A stretch of 63,216 nucleotides of DNA, counting the filler, from Octopus bimaculoides (taxonomy: Eukaryota): NCBI RefSeq assembly GCF_001194135.2. It is 7 parts of 7 records of this genome, joined end to end, with 100 filler letters (N's around TTAATTAATTAA, not from the genome) between each part and the next. Parts side by side here need not be neighbours in the genome. Positions count along the whole stretch, not along the records: positions 47,100 to 56,255 come from NC_069000.1; positions 56,356 to 57,807 come from NW_026409304.1; positions 57,908 to 59,824 come from NW_026435541.1; positions 59,925 to 61,959 come from NW_026339027.1; positions 62,060 to 63,216 come from NC_068992.1; 2 more parts are not named here. One strand, written 5' to 3'. Positions 52,038 through 63,216 of this stretch are shown here, one piece after another. The notes beneath the pieces are model-generated. The model did not search any database and was not told where the DNA came from. It was given only the letters and a program-made list of their open reading frames with translations. A program made the translations under genes and the position numbers. Positions within the stretch are counted from its first letter, which is position 1; the number at the start of each line of letters is the position of its first letter.

Positions 52038-52125
52038 TTTCCAACATATGTTTCGAAGATTACAAATTTTACCTTCCATAGGAATAGGTGATGTTGATAA
52101 GAATTTAATCTTTTCTTCAGGGAAA
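52038..52125 (-). ncRNA. Type I hammerhead ribozyme motif with canonical core and one stem II closing mismatch
   Basis: TTTCC-CTGAAGA-AAAGATTA-[43 nt]-TAATCTTC-GAAAC-ATAT-GTT-GGAAA. Stem I 5 bp, stem II 7 bp plus A10.1.C11.1 mismatch, palindromic stem III ACATATGT, GUU triplet. Confidence 0.85.
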
Positions 52126-52231
52126 TGCATGGGAACCAGCTTAAACGTAAGACATTTTAACCGAATGTGAGAACTGTAGTTGGAGAAGGTTGTTACGTAA
52201 ATATATATATATATATATATACATATATTCT

Positions 52232-52450
52232 TTTATTCTTTGACTTGATACAGTTATTTGACTGCAGCTATGATGGAGCACCACCTTAAAGTGTTTTAGT
52301 TCAAGAAATCGCCCCCAGGACTTATTCTTTATAAGCCTAGTACAAATTTTATCGGTGTCTTAGGCCAAACCGCTAGATTACGGGAGCATAAACACATCAA
52401 CATCTGTTCTCAAGTGATGGCGAGAGAGAACAATCTCAGACACACACGCA
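52232..52450 (-). mobile_element. SINE family A 3' half
   Basis: gactgcagctatgatggagcaccacc...aagaaatcgcccccaggacttattc...aagcctagtac matches the family A tail. Confidence 0.8.
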
Positions 52451-53511
52451 TGAATACACACATATAAACTCACACACACACAATGCTCTTAGCTTAGTTT
52501 TTCCTTGAGGCTGGCCAGATTGGAGTAATATCGAGAATAACCAGCCGAAATTGCAAAGATAATCTGAATCTCGACTGAAGAGAGAAAACTCCGAATGACA
52601 TGTCCGTGTTTTCTTTGTATCGTCTATCTGTATGTTTTGTCCCTTTCTTGTATCACCTAACTGTCTGGATGTTTTGCGTTCTTGTCCCATTCTGTATTAT
52701 ATATATATATATATATANNNNNNNNNNNNNNNNNNNNNNNNNNNNNNNNNNNNNNNNNNNNNNNNNNNNNNNNNNNNNNNNNNNNNNNNNNNNNNNNNNN
52801 NNNNNNNNNNNNNNNNNNNNNNNNNNNNNNNNNNNNNNNNNNNNNNNNNNNNNNNNNNNNNNNNNNNNNNNNNNNNNNNNNNNNNNNNNNNNNNNNNNNN
52901 NNNNNNNNNNNNNNNNNNNNNNNNNNNNNNNNNNNNNNNNNNNNNNNNNNNNNNNNNNNNNNNNNNNNNNNNNNNNNNNNNNNNNNNNNNNNNNNNNNNN
53001 NNNNNNNNNNNNNNNNNNNNNNNNNNNNNNNNNNNNNNNNNNNNNNNNNNNNNNNNNNNNNNNNNNNNNNNNNNNNNNNNNNNNNNNNNNNNNNNNNNNN
53101 NNNNNNNNNNNNNNNNNNNNNNNNNNNNNNNNNNNNNNNNNNNNNNNNNNNNNNNNNNNNNNNNNNNNNNNNNNNNNNNNNNNNNNNNNNNNNNNNNNNN
53201 NNNNNNNNNNNNNNNNNNNNNNNNNNNNNNNNNNNNNNNNNNNNNNNNNNNNNNNNNNNNNNNNNNNNNNNNNNNNNNNNNNNNNNNNNNNNNNNNNNNN
53301 NNNNNNNNNNNNNNNNNNNNNNNNNNNNNNNNNNNNNNNNNNNNNNNNNNNNNNNNNNNNNNNNNNNNNNNNNNNNNNNNNNNNNNNNNNNNNNNNNNNN
53401 NNNNNNNNNNNNNNNNNNNNNNNNNNNNNNNNNNNNNNNNNNNNNNNNNNNNNNNNNNNNNNNNNNNNNNNNNNNNNNNNNNNNNNNNNNNNNNNNNNNN
53501 NNNNNNNNNNN

Positions 53512-53564
<53 letters not shown>

Positions 53565-53586
53565 CTATCTATCTATCTCTCACTCT

Positions 53587-53632
<46 letters not shown>

Positions 53633-53763
53633 GTCTAACTTTTCCTCTCTGTGTCTCTCTCCTCCTCCTTTCCCTATTACTCACTCTCTATCCTGCTTTC
53701 TGTTTATTTCTCTGTTTCTGTCTCTTTATATGTCTTTCGACTCTCTCACCCCTATCTCAAACA

Positions 53764-53852
<89 letters not shown>

Positions 53853-54086
53853 TCTCTCTCTCTATCTCTATCTCTCTCTCTCTCCTTTTTTCACTTCCTC
53901 TCTCTGTCTCTCCTCCCCAAAACTGAATCTTAAGAGCAACAATGTTGATTACATGTGTTTAAAACAATGTCAAAGCACAAACACACATGCATACATGTAT
54001 GTGTGTGTTTGTGTGCGTGCATTCTGTGTGTATATTCATGTGTACATATATGCATACACATATAAACACAGACAAACATCAAACGC

Positions 54087-54163
<77 letters not shown>

Positions 54164-54413
54164 CAACAACAACAACAACAACAACGATAATAGCAATTGT
54201 AGAAGATCTGGGTTTTCAAAGAAAGATTAACAGCATTGTCAGTCAAAATGAAATGTTGTTTTGAAAGTTGCAATGCGAAACTCAGAGTAAGCAATTGTTG
54301 AAAAACCAGTTCTTCTATAGTAATTGTTGTGTGCGCGCATTTGCGTAGGTATGAATGTATGAAATATACATGTATATGTATGTTATAGTACATATATTTC
54401 TATGTACAGACAA

Positions 54414-54450
<37 letters not shown>

Positions 54451-54695
54451 NNNNNNNNNNNNNNNNNNNNNNNNNNNNNNNNNNNNNNNNNNNNNNNNNN
54501 NNNNNNNNNNNNNNNNNNNNNNNNNNNNNNNNNNNNNNNNNNNNNNNNNNNNNNNNNNNNNNNNNNNNNNNNNNNNNNNNNNNNNNNNNNNNNNNNNNNN
54601 NNNNNNNNNNNNNNNNNNNNNNNNNNNNNNATACATATACATATGCATATACATATACATATACAGATAGATAGATAGATAGATAGATAGATAAA

Positions 54696-55404
54696 TAAAA
54701 CTTACTTGGAAGAGGATGCGTGGCGTTCAATCATATAATGATATAAATAATATATATATATATGCATATATACATACGTATTTGTACATACTTACATCTA
54801 TACATATATATATAAGCATATGTGGGCATAGGACGTCATGAAACGTGTACAACGCAAAAATACGAAGTACGAGTACATGGAATACGAACTATCTTTTCGA
54901 ACAACGAAAGACACAAATGGAAAACAAGACAAACAACATAAAGAACAACCCTTCATCAGTTCTTGGCTGTTTTTATTCTCTCGTATTTCGAGCATTTAAC
55001 AACAATACAATTTGGGAAAATAAACAGGAAGGGCTGCTATGCCTAAATGAGGTTGTGGTAGGGAACGTGTAAATCAATCTTGGGCAGGAGACAGACAAGA
55101 ACACGTCTTCCTTGTTCCAGCTACAACGGAAAGAAAGAAAGAAACACAAGTTAGGAGAAGAAAGAAAGAAAGATGGCCGATGGTCATGTAGCAGCCACGT
55201 GAGCAAGGTAGAAGAAGTGAGGGAGAGAGAGTAACAGAGTAATAGCAGAGATTAGTGGGAGAAGAGGAGGTAAAAGAATAAGAGAGAGAGAAGGAGAGAA
55301 AAACGAAAGAGCAAAAAGATCGTATAGAGTGCGCATCAGAATTATTACGATAAAACTTACTTCGAAGAGGATGCGTGGCGTTGAATCATATAACAATATA
55401 AATA
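54696..55404. repeat. 54-bp direct repeats (54696-54749, 55351-55404) enclosing a pLTR-like repeat
   Basis: taaaacttactt(g/c)gaagaggatgcgtggcgtt(c/g)aatcatataa..atataaata, 50/54 identical. Confidence 0.8.
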
Positions 55405-55409
55405 AGGAA

Positions 55410-55700
55410 ATACATACACAACACCTGGCGTCATTCAGAGGCAAAAATTAAAAAAAAGATACGCAACATCTCTATCCAAATTGATACGGATGTTGAAAGA
55501 AGGTTGAATAAGTAACCCCCAGAAATAATGGACCATCATTGTTAAAACCAAAAAATACAGAGGACGGAGTACCAAATGTGAAATCTGTATCACTGAAAAA
55601 CTAAATATCATACAGTCATCAGATAACATCCTAAATATTAGGGATGAAATCTCCCTGCATACACAAGCAATATTTTTCTCTTAGACACTTCAAAGAGGAA
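55410..55700 (+). mobile_element. Penelope-like element, GIY-YIG endonuclease C-terminus
   Basis: QHLASFR, YATSLSK and WTIIVKTKKYRGRSTKCEICITEKLNII..NILNIRDEI match the Penelope C-terminal LSK..W.I...C.LCL.EK..I...LN.R.E pattern. Confidence 0.8.
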
Positions 55701-56799
55701 CCACAACCCGCGCCGCTAATCTCACCATCATAGCCTCATTCCTGAACGTGAAATTTGAATATATATAAGACACGAACTCTACACATAGAAGAAATATGCA
55801 CCCATGACGAACTACCTCAGCACACATACACCCAGATTATATTAAAAGAAGATAATGCAAACAAATTTACCATCTGACACGACTGTTTGGCCAAAAGTTA
55901 AACATTGCGGAGATAATCTCTGAAAACATGTCATCCAAGTGTAGCACACCTTGAATTAATGTTTTCTTTACGAGAATCTTCACGAATTCAACGGGACTTT
56001 CCGTTTATCCAAAATTGCGACAAACACCATTCCTCCATGTGATAGGCTTGAAAATTAGTTAAGATATTAAAATATTTTAATATTTCTCTGAATATGAATA
56101 CAAAGGCCTTAATTTGCAAATAAAGAAATTCTATCCACCAATGCAGTGTTTAGCGCTCATTTTCATCGTTCGACATCTACGTATATAAAAAATGACTAAA
56201 GCAAGTAAAAGAATAATGGAATATACATACATAGATATACATATATATATATATANNNNNNNNNNNNNNNNNNNNNNNNNNNNNNNNNNNNNNNNNNNNT
56301 TAATTAATTAANNNNNNNNNNNNNNNNNNNNNNNNNNNNNNNNNNNNNNNNNNNNCAAAGATCTTATACCCTCTCTTAGCATTATTCACTTGCGTAGATA
56401 AAGGAAACAGAGTGAGGCAGAATAGTAATGCTGATAACGAGAGATATCTAGATGGTCGTGGAAGCATGGTGGAACCATCTAATAATGGCTCCATTCAGAA
56501 GGCTGGAATAGTACATATAATGTGCCAGTTGGAAAAAAGAGACAGACACAACCAGGTAGAAGGTTTAAGAAAATTTATTGATATGTTAACATGTATCTTT
56601 GTGTGCATCATGTATACAGAATACTAGACAGGCTGTCATGAGAACAAAGTGTATGTGTCTATAGGAATGGATGTATGCGTGTGCATTAAGTACAAATAAA
56701 AATAACAATGAAAGAGAAAGTGAAAGTGTCTATAATGAGAAGTTAGACAGATGTTCATAGATACAAGAATGAGAAATACCAGTTCATAGTCAATTGTAC

Positions 56800-57600
56800 A
56801 CGGTGATTGAAATACTGTATCAAGAAGTTGCAGCAATGATGCAGAGCTGGAGTTGCAGTATGTGTTGTATGAAGTGGTGGAAGTAATGCTGTTGCCTGGG
56901 TCACTTGGTACAGAAGTTCTCGCAGGTGGTACATTTGCTGTTAACCATGGTGAAGTAATTCACGAACAGTGCATTGCTGGAACCTGTGCAGTGTTGCTTG
57001 AGTTGTGTACGTAGAAGAGATGATGTTGATGACATTANNNNNNNNNNCAGTGTTGCTTGAGTTGTGTACGTAGAAGAGATGATGTTGATGACATTAAGAA
57101 GATGAGGGTGGTGACGAAGAAAGAAATTGCCATAATGCTGTTGGACGGGTGTTGTCTGGCTCACAGGTTGTATCTTTGCTGTTGATCCAGAGTGAAGTAA
57201 TTAATGAACAGTACTGTGTTGAAACCTGAGCGTATTGCTGTTGGATGGGTGTTGTCATCTGGCATTGATGCAGTAACTGGCTGTGTCTTGTGTGGTCAGT
57301 GGCCAGACCTTAAAAGGTCTGAAACCAAAGACTTCGAGATGAGGAGTAGCTGAGTTTTTATAACGAACAGTAGGCTCAAACGGGGTTGAGAAAAGGCTGT
57401 CTCATGTGATCTTATTTAGATGCTCTGATTGGTTATACGCTGCAGATTGGCACAACAGAGTAAGAGACAAATTGCGCCAATACCAACCAATCAGAGTAGT
57501 GGACNNNNNNNNNNTGCGCCAATACCAACCAATCAGAGTAGTGGACACAACGGGGTCCAAATAGTGGCCAAATGCTAGCTGTTATATGCTACGTTCGAAT
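56800..57600 (-). other. Unclassified element with promoter-like head and internally repeated S/T/Q-rich sequence
   Basis: Minus-strand CCAAT (57428-57432) and TATAAAAA (57355-57362). 12-bp inverted pair ctctgattggtt/aaccaatcagag. Diverged repeat of about 110 bp at 56884 and 57133. Confidence 0.35.
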
Positions 57601-57762
57601 GTATGTATATATGTAATAAAGGGGAGAGGAATTTCACCAGAGTGTACGCTACAAATATCACAGGCGATATTGATGTCTGGTGAGATAGTATATCCTTGTG
57701 TATAGTTTAAAATGAGGGTGGTTCTCTATGAATTCATGATTACTTTTAAAAAGTTCACAATA

Positions 57763-57807
57763 GGCGTAGGAGTGGCTGTGTGGTAAGTAGCTTGCTTACA
57801 AACCACA
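57763..57807 (+). mobile_element. SINE family A head, cut by a gap
   Basis: ataggcgtaggagtggctgtgtggtaagtagcttgcttacaaaccaca. Confidence 0.8.
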
Positions 57808-58263
57808 NNNNNNNNNNNNNNNNNNNNNNNNNNNNNNNNNNNNNNNNNNNNTTAATTAATTAANNNNNNNNNNNNNNNNNNNNNNNNNNNNNNNNNNNNN
57901 NNNNNNNTATATATATATATATACATACATACACACACACATACACTTATATATATATATATATATATTTATATATGAAGAGAGAGATAGACAGACAGAC
58001 GCGAATTCGTAATATGCGTATATTTCCAATGATACACGCCCACATGCGCAGATGCATAAGCACTCCCAAACATGCGAACACACACGTACGCACGCACATA
58101 CACACACACTCACACACACACACGCACACCCACGTGTATTTTCGTGCATGTATTATATATTTAAATGTTTGTGTGTGTGTGTGTATGTGTGTGTGTGTAT
58201 ATGTATAGAATCATGTATGTATGCACTTCTCTGTGTTTAACTTTGTGCACCATATACATATAT

Positions 58264-58392
58264 GAGGTAAGAAGCTTACTTCCCAACTGCATGGCTCCGG
58301 GTTCAATCCCACAGCGTGGTACTTGAGGCAAGTGTCTTGTGGGTGGAATTGGTAGACGGAAACTGAAAGAAGCCCGCCGTATATACATGTAT
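58264..58392 (+). mobile_element. SINE family A 5' part (host of the nested SINE)
   Basis: gtaagaagcttacttccc...gggttcaatccca...ggtagacggaaactgaaagaagccc. Confidence 0.75.
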
Positions 58393-58408
58393 ATATACCT
58401 GTGTGTGT

Positions 58409-58793
58409 GGAGGCGCAATGGCCTAGTGGTTAGGGCAGCGGACTCGCGGTCACAGGATCGCGGTTTCGATTCCCAGACTGGGCGTTGTGAGTGTTTATTG
58501 AGCGAAAACACTTAAAGCTCCACGAGGCTCCGGCAGGGGATGGTGGCGAACCCTGCTGTACTCTTTCACCACAACTTTCTCTCACTCTTACTTCCTGTTT
58601 CTGTTGTGCCTGTAATTCAAAGGGTCAGCCTTGTCACACTCTGTGTCACGCTGAATATCCCCGAGAACTACGTTAAGGGTACACGTGTCTGAGGAGCGCT
58701 CAGCCACTATCTGCACGTTAATTTCACGAGCAGGCTGTTCCGTTGATCGGATCAACTGGAACCCTCGACGCCGTAAGCGACGGAGTGCCAACA
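58409..58793 (+). mobile_element. tRNA-derived SINE family C, full length with 16-bp TSD
   Basis: A box TGGCCTAGTGG, B box GTTTCGATTCC. TSD atatacctgtgtgtgt at 58393-58408 and 58794-58809. Possibly one of the octopus OK/OR SINE families (not verified). Confidence 0.92.
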
Positions 58794-59440
58794 ATATACC
58801 TGTGTGTGTTTATCTGTTTGTCCTGAACGTCTATGCTTGTTTTCAGACTTTTTAGTTAATCCTAGTTTCAACCGTTCTGAGAAATACGATGATTTTTAAC
58901 TATAAGTTGCAATTTACTCTGGTGGTTGAAAAAAATGGGAATGTATGGCGTATGTGATGCAAAGATGTCTGGGAAATATTTTCAACGTAACAGTATGATA
59001 CTCAAGACAGGCAAAGCGTTAATTGTCAGAGAAAAAATGAATTCTTGGACGAATTTCTCAAATGGAGATTTCCATCGTATCAGATATGTGTTTTTAAATA
59101 AGACATTTATCATCGACAAATATCTAATGAAGTCCATTATTGTATCAATTTAAGAACTTGTTTCTATATATGTGGTGTATATGTGTATGCGTGTGTATGT
59201 ATATATGTATGTGTAGGTATGTACCTATGTGCGTATATGCATTGGCATATGTGTGCATATATGTATGTATGTATGTATGTATGTTTCTAAGTATGTACGT
59301 ATGTGAGTGTATGTTTGCACGTATATGCGTACGTATGTTTGTATGTATAAACATGTATGTGTCTGAGCTTGTGTATATTTATGGCTATATGTGTATGTGT
59401 CTGAGTGCGTATCAATGTGTATGTAATGTATGTATGTATG

Positions 59441-59474
<34 letters not shown>

Positions 59475-59528
59475 TCTATCGAGCTATATATATGTGTCTG
59501 TATGTTTGTGTGTATCTGTGTGTGTGTG

Positions 59529-59574
<46 letters not shown>

Positions 59575-59575
<1 letters not shown>

Positions 59576-59824
59576 TACGTGTTTCACTCATATGACTGCG
59601 GCCATGCTGGAGCACCGCCCTTAGTTGAACAATTCGACCCCAGGACCCATTCTTTTGTAAGCCTAGTACTTATTCTATCGGTCACTTTTGCCGAACCGCT
59701 AATGTTACAGGGACGTAAACACACCACCAATGGTTGTCAAGTGATGTTGGTGGGGGTGGGGGGACAAACACAGGCACACAAACATATATACATATATATA
59801 CGACAGGCTTCTTTCAGTTTCCGT
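59575..59824 (-). mobile_element. SINE family A, head lost in a gap
   Basis: gactgcggccatgctggagcaccgcc...aagcctagtacttattctatcgg...cgacaggcttctttcagtttccgt. Confidence 0.88.
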
Positions 59825-59924
59825 NNNNNNNNNNNNNNNNNNNNNNNNNNNNNNNNNNNNNNNNNNNNTTAATTAATTAANNNNNNNNNNNNNNNNNNNN
59901 NNNNNNNNNNNNNNNNNNNNNNNN

Positions 59925-59958
<34 letters not shown>

Positions 59959-61257
59959 ATATTTACATACATATATCCATGCACAAAAACACACATACAC
60001 ACACACACAGAAATGCATATACATACACACTTATTTACATACATCCACGCGTACGTCCCCAACACACACACTAATAAATACAAAAATACAACCATACACA
60101 TGCACATATATACATGCACACATACATATATATGTGTATATAAATATATATATATATAAATCTACACACAGACACATTCATGCATACGCCTACACAGCCA
60201 CACACACACACACATATATATACATACATACACTCGTACATAAATCTACACACAGACACACTCATGCATTCGGCTATGTACCCCCCCCCCAAACATACAC
60301 ACGCATACACACATGTACGCACATATATATATATATATATACACACACACATATATATATATAGACACACTCGTACATAAATCTACACAGACATTCTCAT
60401 GCATACGCTTATATAGCCATACACACACATACATATACACAAACCTATGCATATATATANNNNNNNNNNNNNNNNNNNNNNNNNNNNNNNNNNNNNNNNN
60501 NNNNNNNNNNNNNNNNNNNNNNNNNNNNNNNNNNNNNNNNNNNNNNNNNNNNNNNNNNNNNNNNNNNNNNNNNNNNNNNNNNNNNNNNNNNNNNNNNNNN
60601 NNNNNNNNNNNNNNNNNNNNNNNNNNNNNNNNNNNNNNNNNNNNNNNNNNNNNNNNNNNNNNNNNNNNNNNNNNNNNNNNNNNNNNNNNNNNNNNNNNNN
60701 NNNNNNNNNNNNNNNNNNNNNNNNNNNNNNNNNNNNNNNNNNNNNNNNNNNNNNNNNNNNNNNNNNNNNNNNNNNNNNNNNNNNNNNNNNNNNNNNNNNN
60801 NNNNNNNNNNNNNNNNNNNNNNNNNNNNNNNNNNNNNNNNNNNNNNNNNNNNNNNNNNNNNNNNNNNNNNNNNNNNNNNNNNNNNNNNNNNNNNNNNNNN
60901 NNNNNNNNNNNNNNNNNNNNNNNNNNNNNNNNNNNNNNNNNNNNNNNNNNNNNNNNNNNNNNNNNNNNNNNNNNNNNNNNNNNNNNNNNNNNNNNNNNNN
61001 NNNNNNNNNNNNNNNNNNNNNNNNNNNNNNNNNNNNNNNNNNNNNNNNNNNNNNNNNNNNNNNNNNNNNNNNNNNNNNNNNNNNNNNNNNNNNNNNNNNN
61101 NNNNNNNNNNNNNNNNNNNNNNNNNNNNNNNNNNNNNNNNNNNNNNNNNNNNNNNNNNNNNNNNNNNNNNNNNNNNNNNNNNNNNNNNNNNNNNNNNNNN
61201 NNNNNNNNNNNNNNNNNNNNNNNNNNNNNNNNNNNNNNNNNNNNNNNNNNNNNNNNN

Positions 61258-61370
61258 TGGCAAAAGAAAGCGATAGAATAAGTACCGGGGTAGTTTCGTT
61301 CGACTGAAATTCTTCAAAGCGGTGCCCCAGCATGGCCACAGTTCAACGACTGAAACAGGTAAAAGAATTT
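61258..61370 (+). mobile_element. SINE family A tail
   Basis: ggcaaaagaaagcgatagaataagtacc...gcggtgccccagcatggccacagttcaacgactgaaacaggtaaaaga. Confidence 0.8.
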
Positions 61371-61486
61371 TAAAAAAACTGAAGACGAAAGATGACTCTC
61401 GTCCTTGTCCTGCAGCACTTGGCTGCGAACCCATTCACTGGGTGCTGGAGACCACGTTCAGCCGAGTGACCCTATTCTACTCTCAC

Positions 61487-61595
61487 CGGCCGTAATACGA
61501 CTTCCACAAGGGCCGCGCATGTCAATCTATTTTCTCCTGGAGCCGTGTTCCCTTCTGACCTTGTGCCTTCCTTGAGAAAAATTCCCGGAACCGAC
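61487..61595 (-). CDS. Candidate 109-nt exon in a GC-richer patch
   Basis: Acceptor catttccatgtccataaatag, donor CG|gtgaga. One open frame: SVPGIFLKEGTRSEGNTAPGENRLTCAALVEVVLRP. Not recognised. Confidence 0.25.
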
Positions 61596-62598
61596 CTATT
61601 TATGGACATGGAAATGCGATGACGGCCGAAAGTGAATATAAGCGTGAATATATGCGGCCGAAATGCGCTTCGCCTTGTAAAGCGCTCTTCGCCAATTTCG
61701 TTGGATCCACTCAGTATGCGTGTGTGTAACGTGTGTGCCTATATGTCTGTATGAATGTGCGTGTGAGATGGGTGCGCATGTGTGTGTGTGTGATTGTAAG
61801 AATGTGTGTATGTGTGTGAGTGCCTATGTATGTATGAATGTGTGTTTATATGTATATGAACAAATATGTGTGTGTGTGTGTTTGAACGTATGGAATGCAT
61901 GTGTGTGTATGAATGTGAGTATATATAAATGTGTGTGCATGGATGAATGCGTTTAAATGNNNNNNNNNNNNNNNNNNNNNNNNNNNNNNNNNNNNNNNNN
62001 NNNTTAATTAATTAANNNNNNNNNNNNNNNNNNNNNNNNNNNNNNNNNNNNNNNNNNNNATATATATATATATATATATATATAATCTTTTATATTGTTC
62101 GTATACAGGAAATTTAAAAAAATATACAAAAACAAGCGCATGCGCATGCACATGCCTGTTACAGCTTCCAGACTTGCGTGCATCAGCATGATATATAGAA
62201 TACCATGTTTTACTTGAAAAGTCGATTCTAGAAGAAGGATTTCTTTGAGATATTTTCAATCGAAATTCCTTTGTAAACAGAGTGTGCATGTATTTAATAG
62301 GCCAAAAGAAAGTGAAGTCATTTTATTTCTATATCCGTGTGTACATGCATATGTATTCATGTTTGCAAAAGTGTAGTTTCCCTGGCACTAACAATTTTAA
62401 TTTTGTAAAATATATAAACTGTAAATATCTAATAAAAAGAACATTAATTTATGTAAGTCACAGAGAGTGAAACATTAAAGTAAAATATCATATTGCAAAA
62501 CATTTTGCTGCTTGAAATATTATTTGATATTTTTTTATATCAACTGTTTTTATAATTAATCATTTTGTACGTTTTTATATAACATACATCAACTTTTT

Positions 62599-62651
<53 letters not shown>

Positions 62652-63216
62652 ATCTCTCTATCTATCTGCTCATTGTATATATATAGATACACATTTATAT
62701 ATGGGCGTGTGTAAATTATCGTGAGTGTGTTTTGTTTACAGCACGAATTTCCTTCACTGAGTAAATAAATGTAAGCAATATCTGAATTTCGAATATGCAG
62801 AATTTAAGTAAAAAGATAAAATAGATATAATGATAAACCTTGTGTTAGCTTAGAATCTAAATCGATGAAATCTTTATATTTACGATTACAGAGAAAAAAA
62901 TAAACAAAATATAACAAAAACGGTTTTCAGATTTTTCTCTAGTTAGGGCTTTTGAAATATATATGAGGGTGGGAAACGTCGATATTCATCTTGTGGAGAG
63001 TTTTTCATTGGTTTAGAATATTTTGTTTTCCTCCTAATGTTATATTGAATAAAATACACGCAATGGTTAGTAGCTTCGAAATGGGTAGTTAATTGATAAA
63101 CAATCGATAGATACATATCCCAGAGTTACAAATTGTGATCATATTTTGCTTATAACGTGTGACGGATGTTGATCATGTTTTGCTTGTATCGATTTGTATG
63201 TATATATATAAATATA

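Noticed and set aside
58409-58485. Functional tRNA gene
   Set aside because: The tRNA-like head continues into a SINE body bounded by a TSD, with no complete cloverleaf acceptor stem.
28971-62015. Recurring TTAATTAATTAA motif as a regulatory element or array repeat
   Set aside because: It is centred in fixed N44-12-N44 gaps and is a six-frame-stop assembly linker.
2865-62289. Long ORFs in the track made of X runs or YI/HT/CV/LS repeats
   Set aside because: They read through N gaps or microsatellites and have no coding signal.
1-63216. CRISPR array, prokaryotic operon or Fanzor/TnpB nuclease
   Set aside because: No repeat-spacer array, no gene-dense region and no RuvC-like ORF were seen.

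Overview
AT-rich, gappy eukaryotic (metazoan) draft-genome DNA. The SINE families, LINE families and microsatellite load suggest a cephalopod, probably Octopus (inference, not verified). There is no prokaryotic content, no CRISPR array and no recognisable intact host gene. Most ORF-track entries are artefacts of N runs or dinucleotide microsatellites. The window is mainly a transposon graveyard: two mariner elements (one with clear TIRs and TA target sites), two adjacent RTE LINEs plus RTE fragments, a long decayed Tx1-type LINE and a separate open Tx1 ORF1, an R4/Dong LINE 3' end, Penelope-like fragments, about 15 tRNA-derived SINEs and a 700-bp foldback element. The most notable signal is four type I hammerhead-ribozyme motifs of Penelope-type architecture, all on the minus strand (35109-35195, 38729-38815, 46767-46856, 52038-52125). 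Three differ from the consensus core at one position. Two are a direct repeat bracketing an anomalous GC/CpG-rich island. Low-confidence host exon candidates occur on both strands, including a phase-compatible chain of very short plus-strand exons at 2372-4135.
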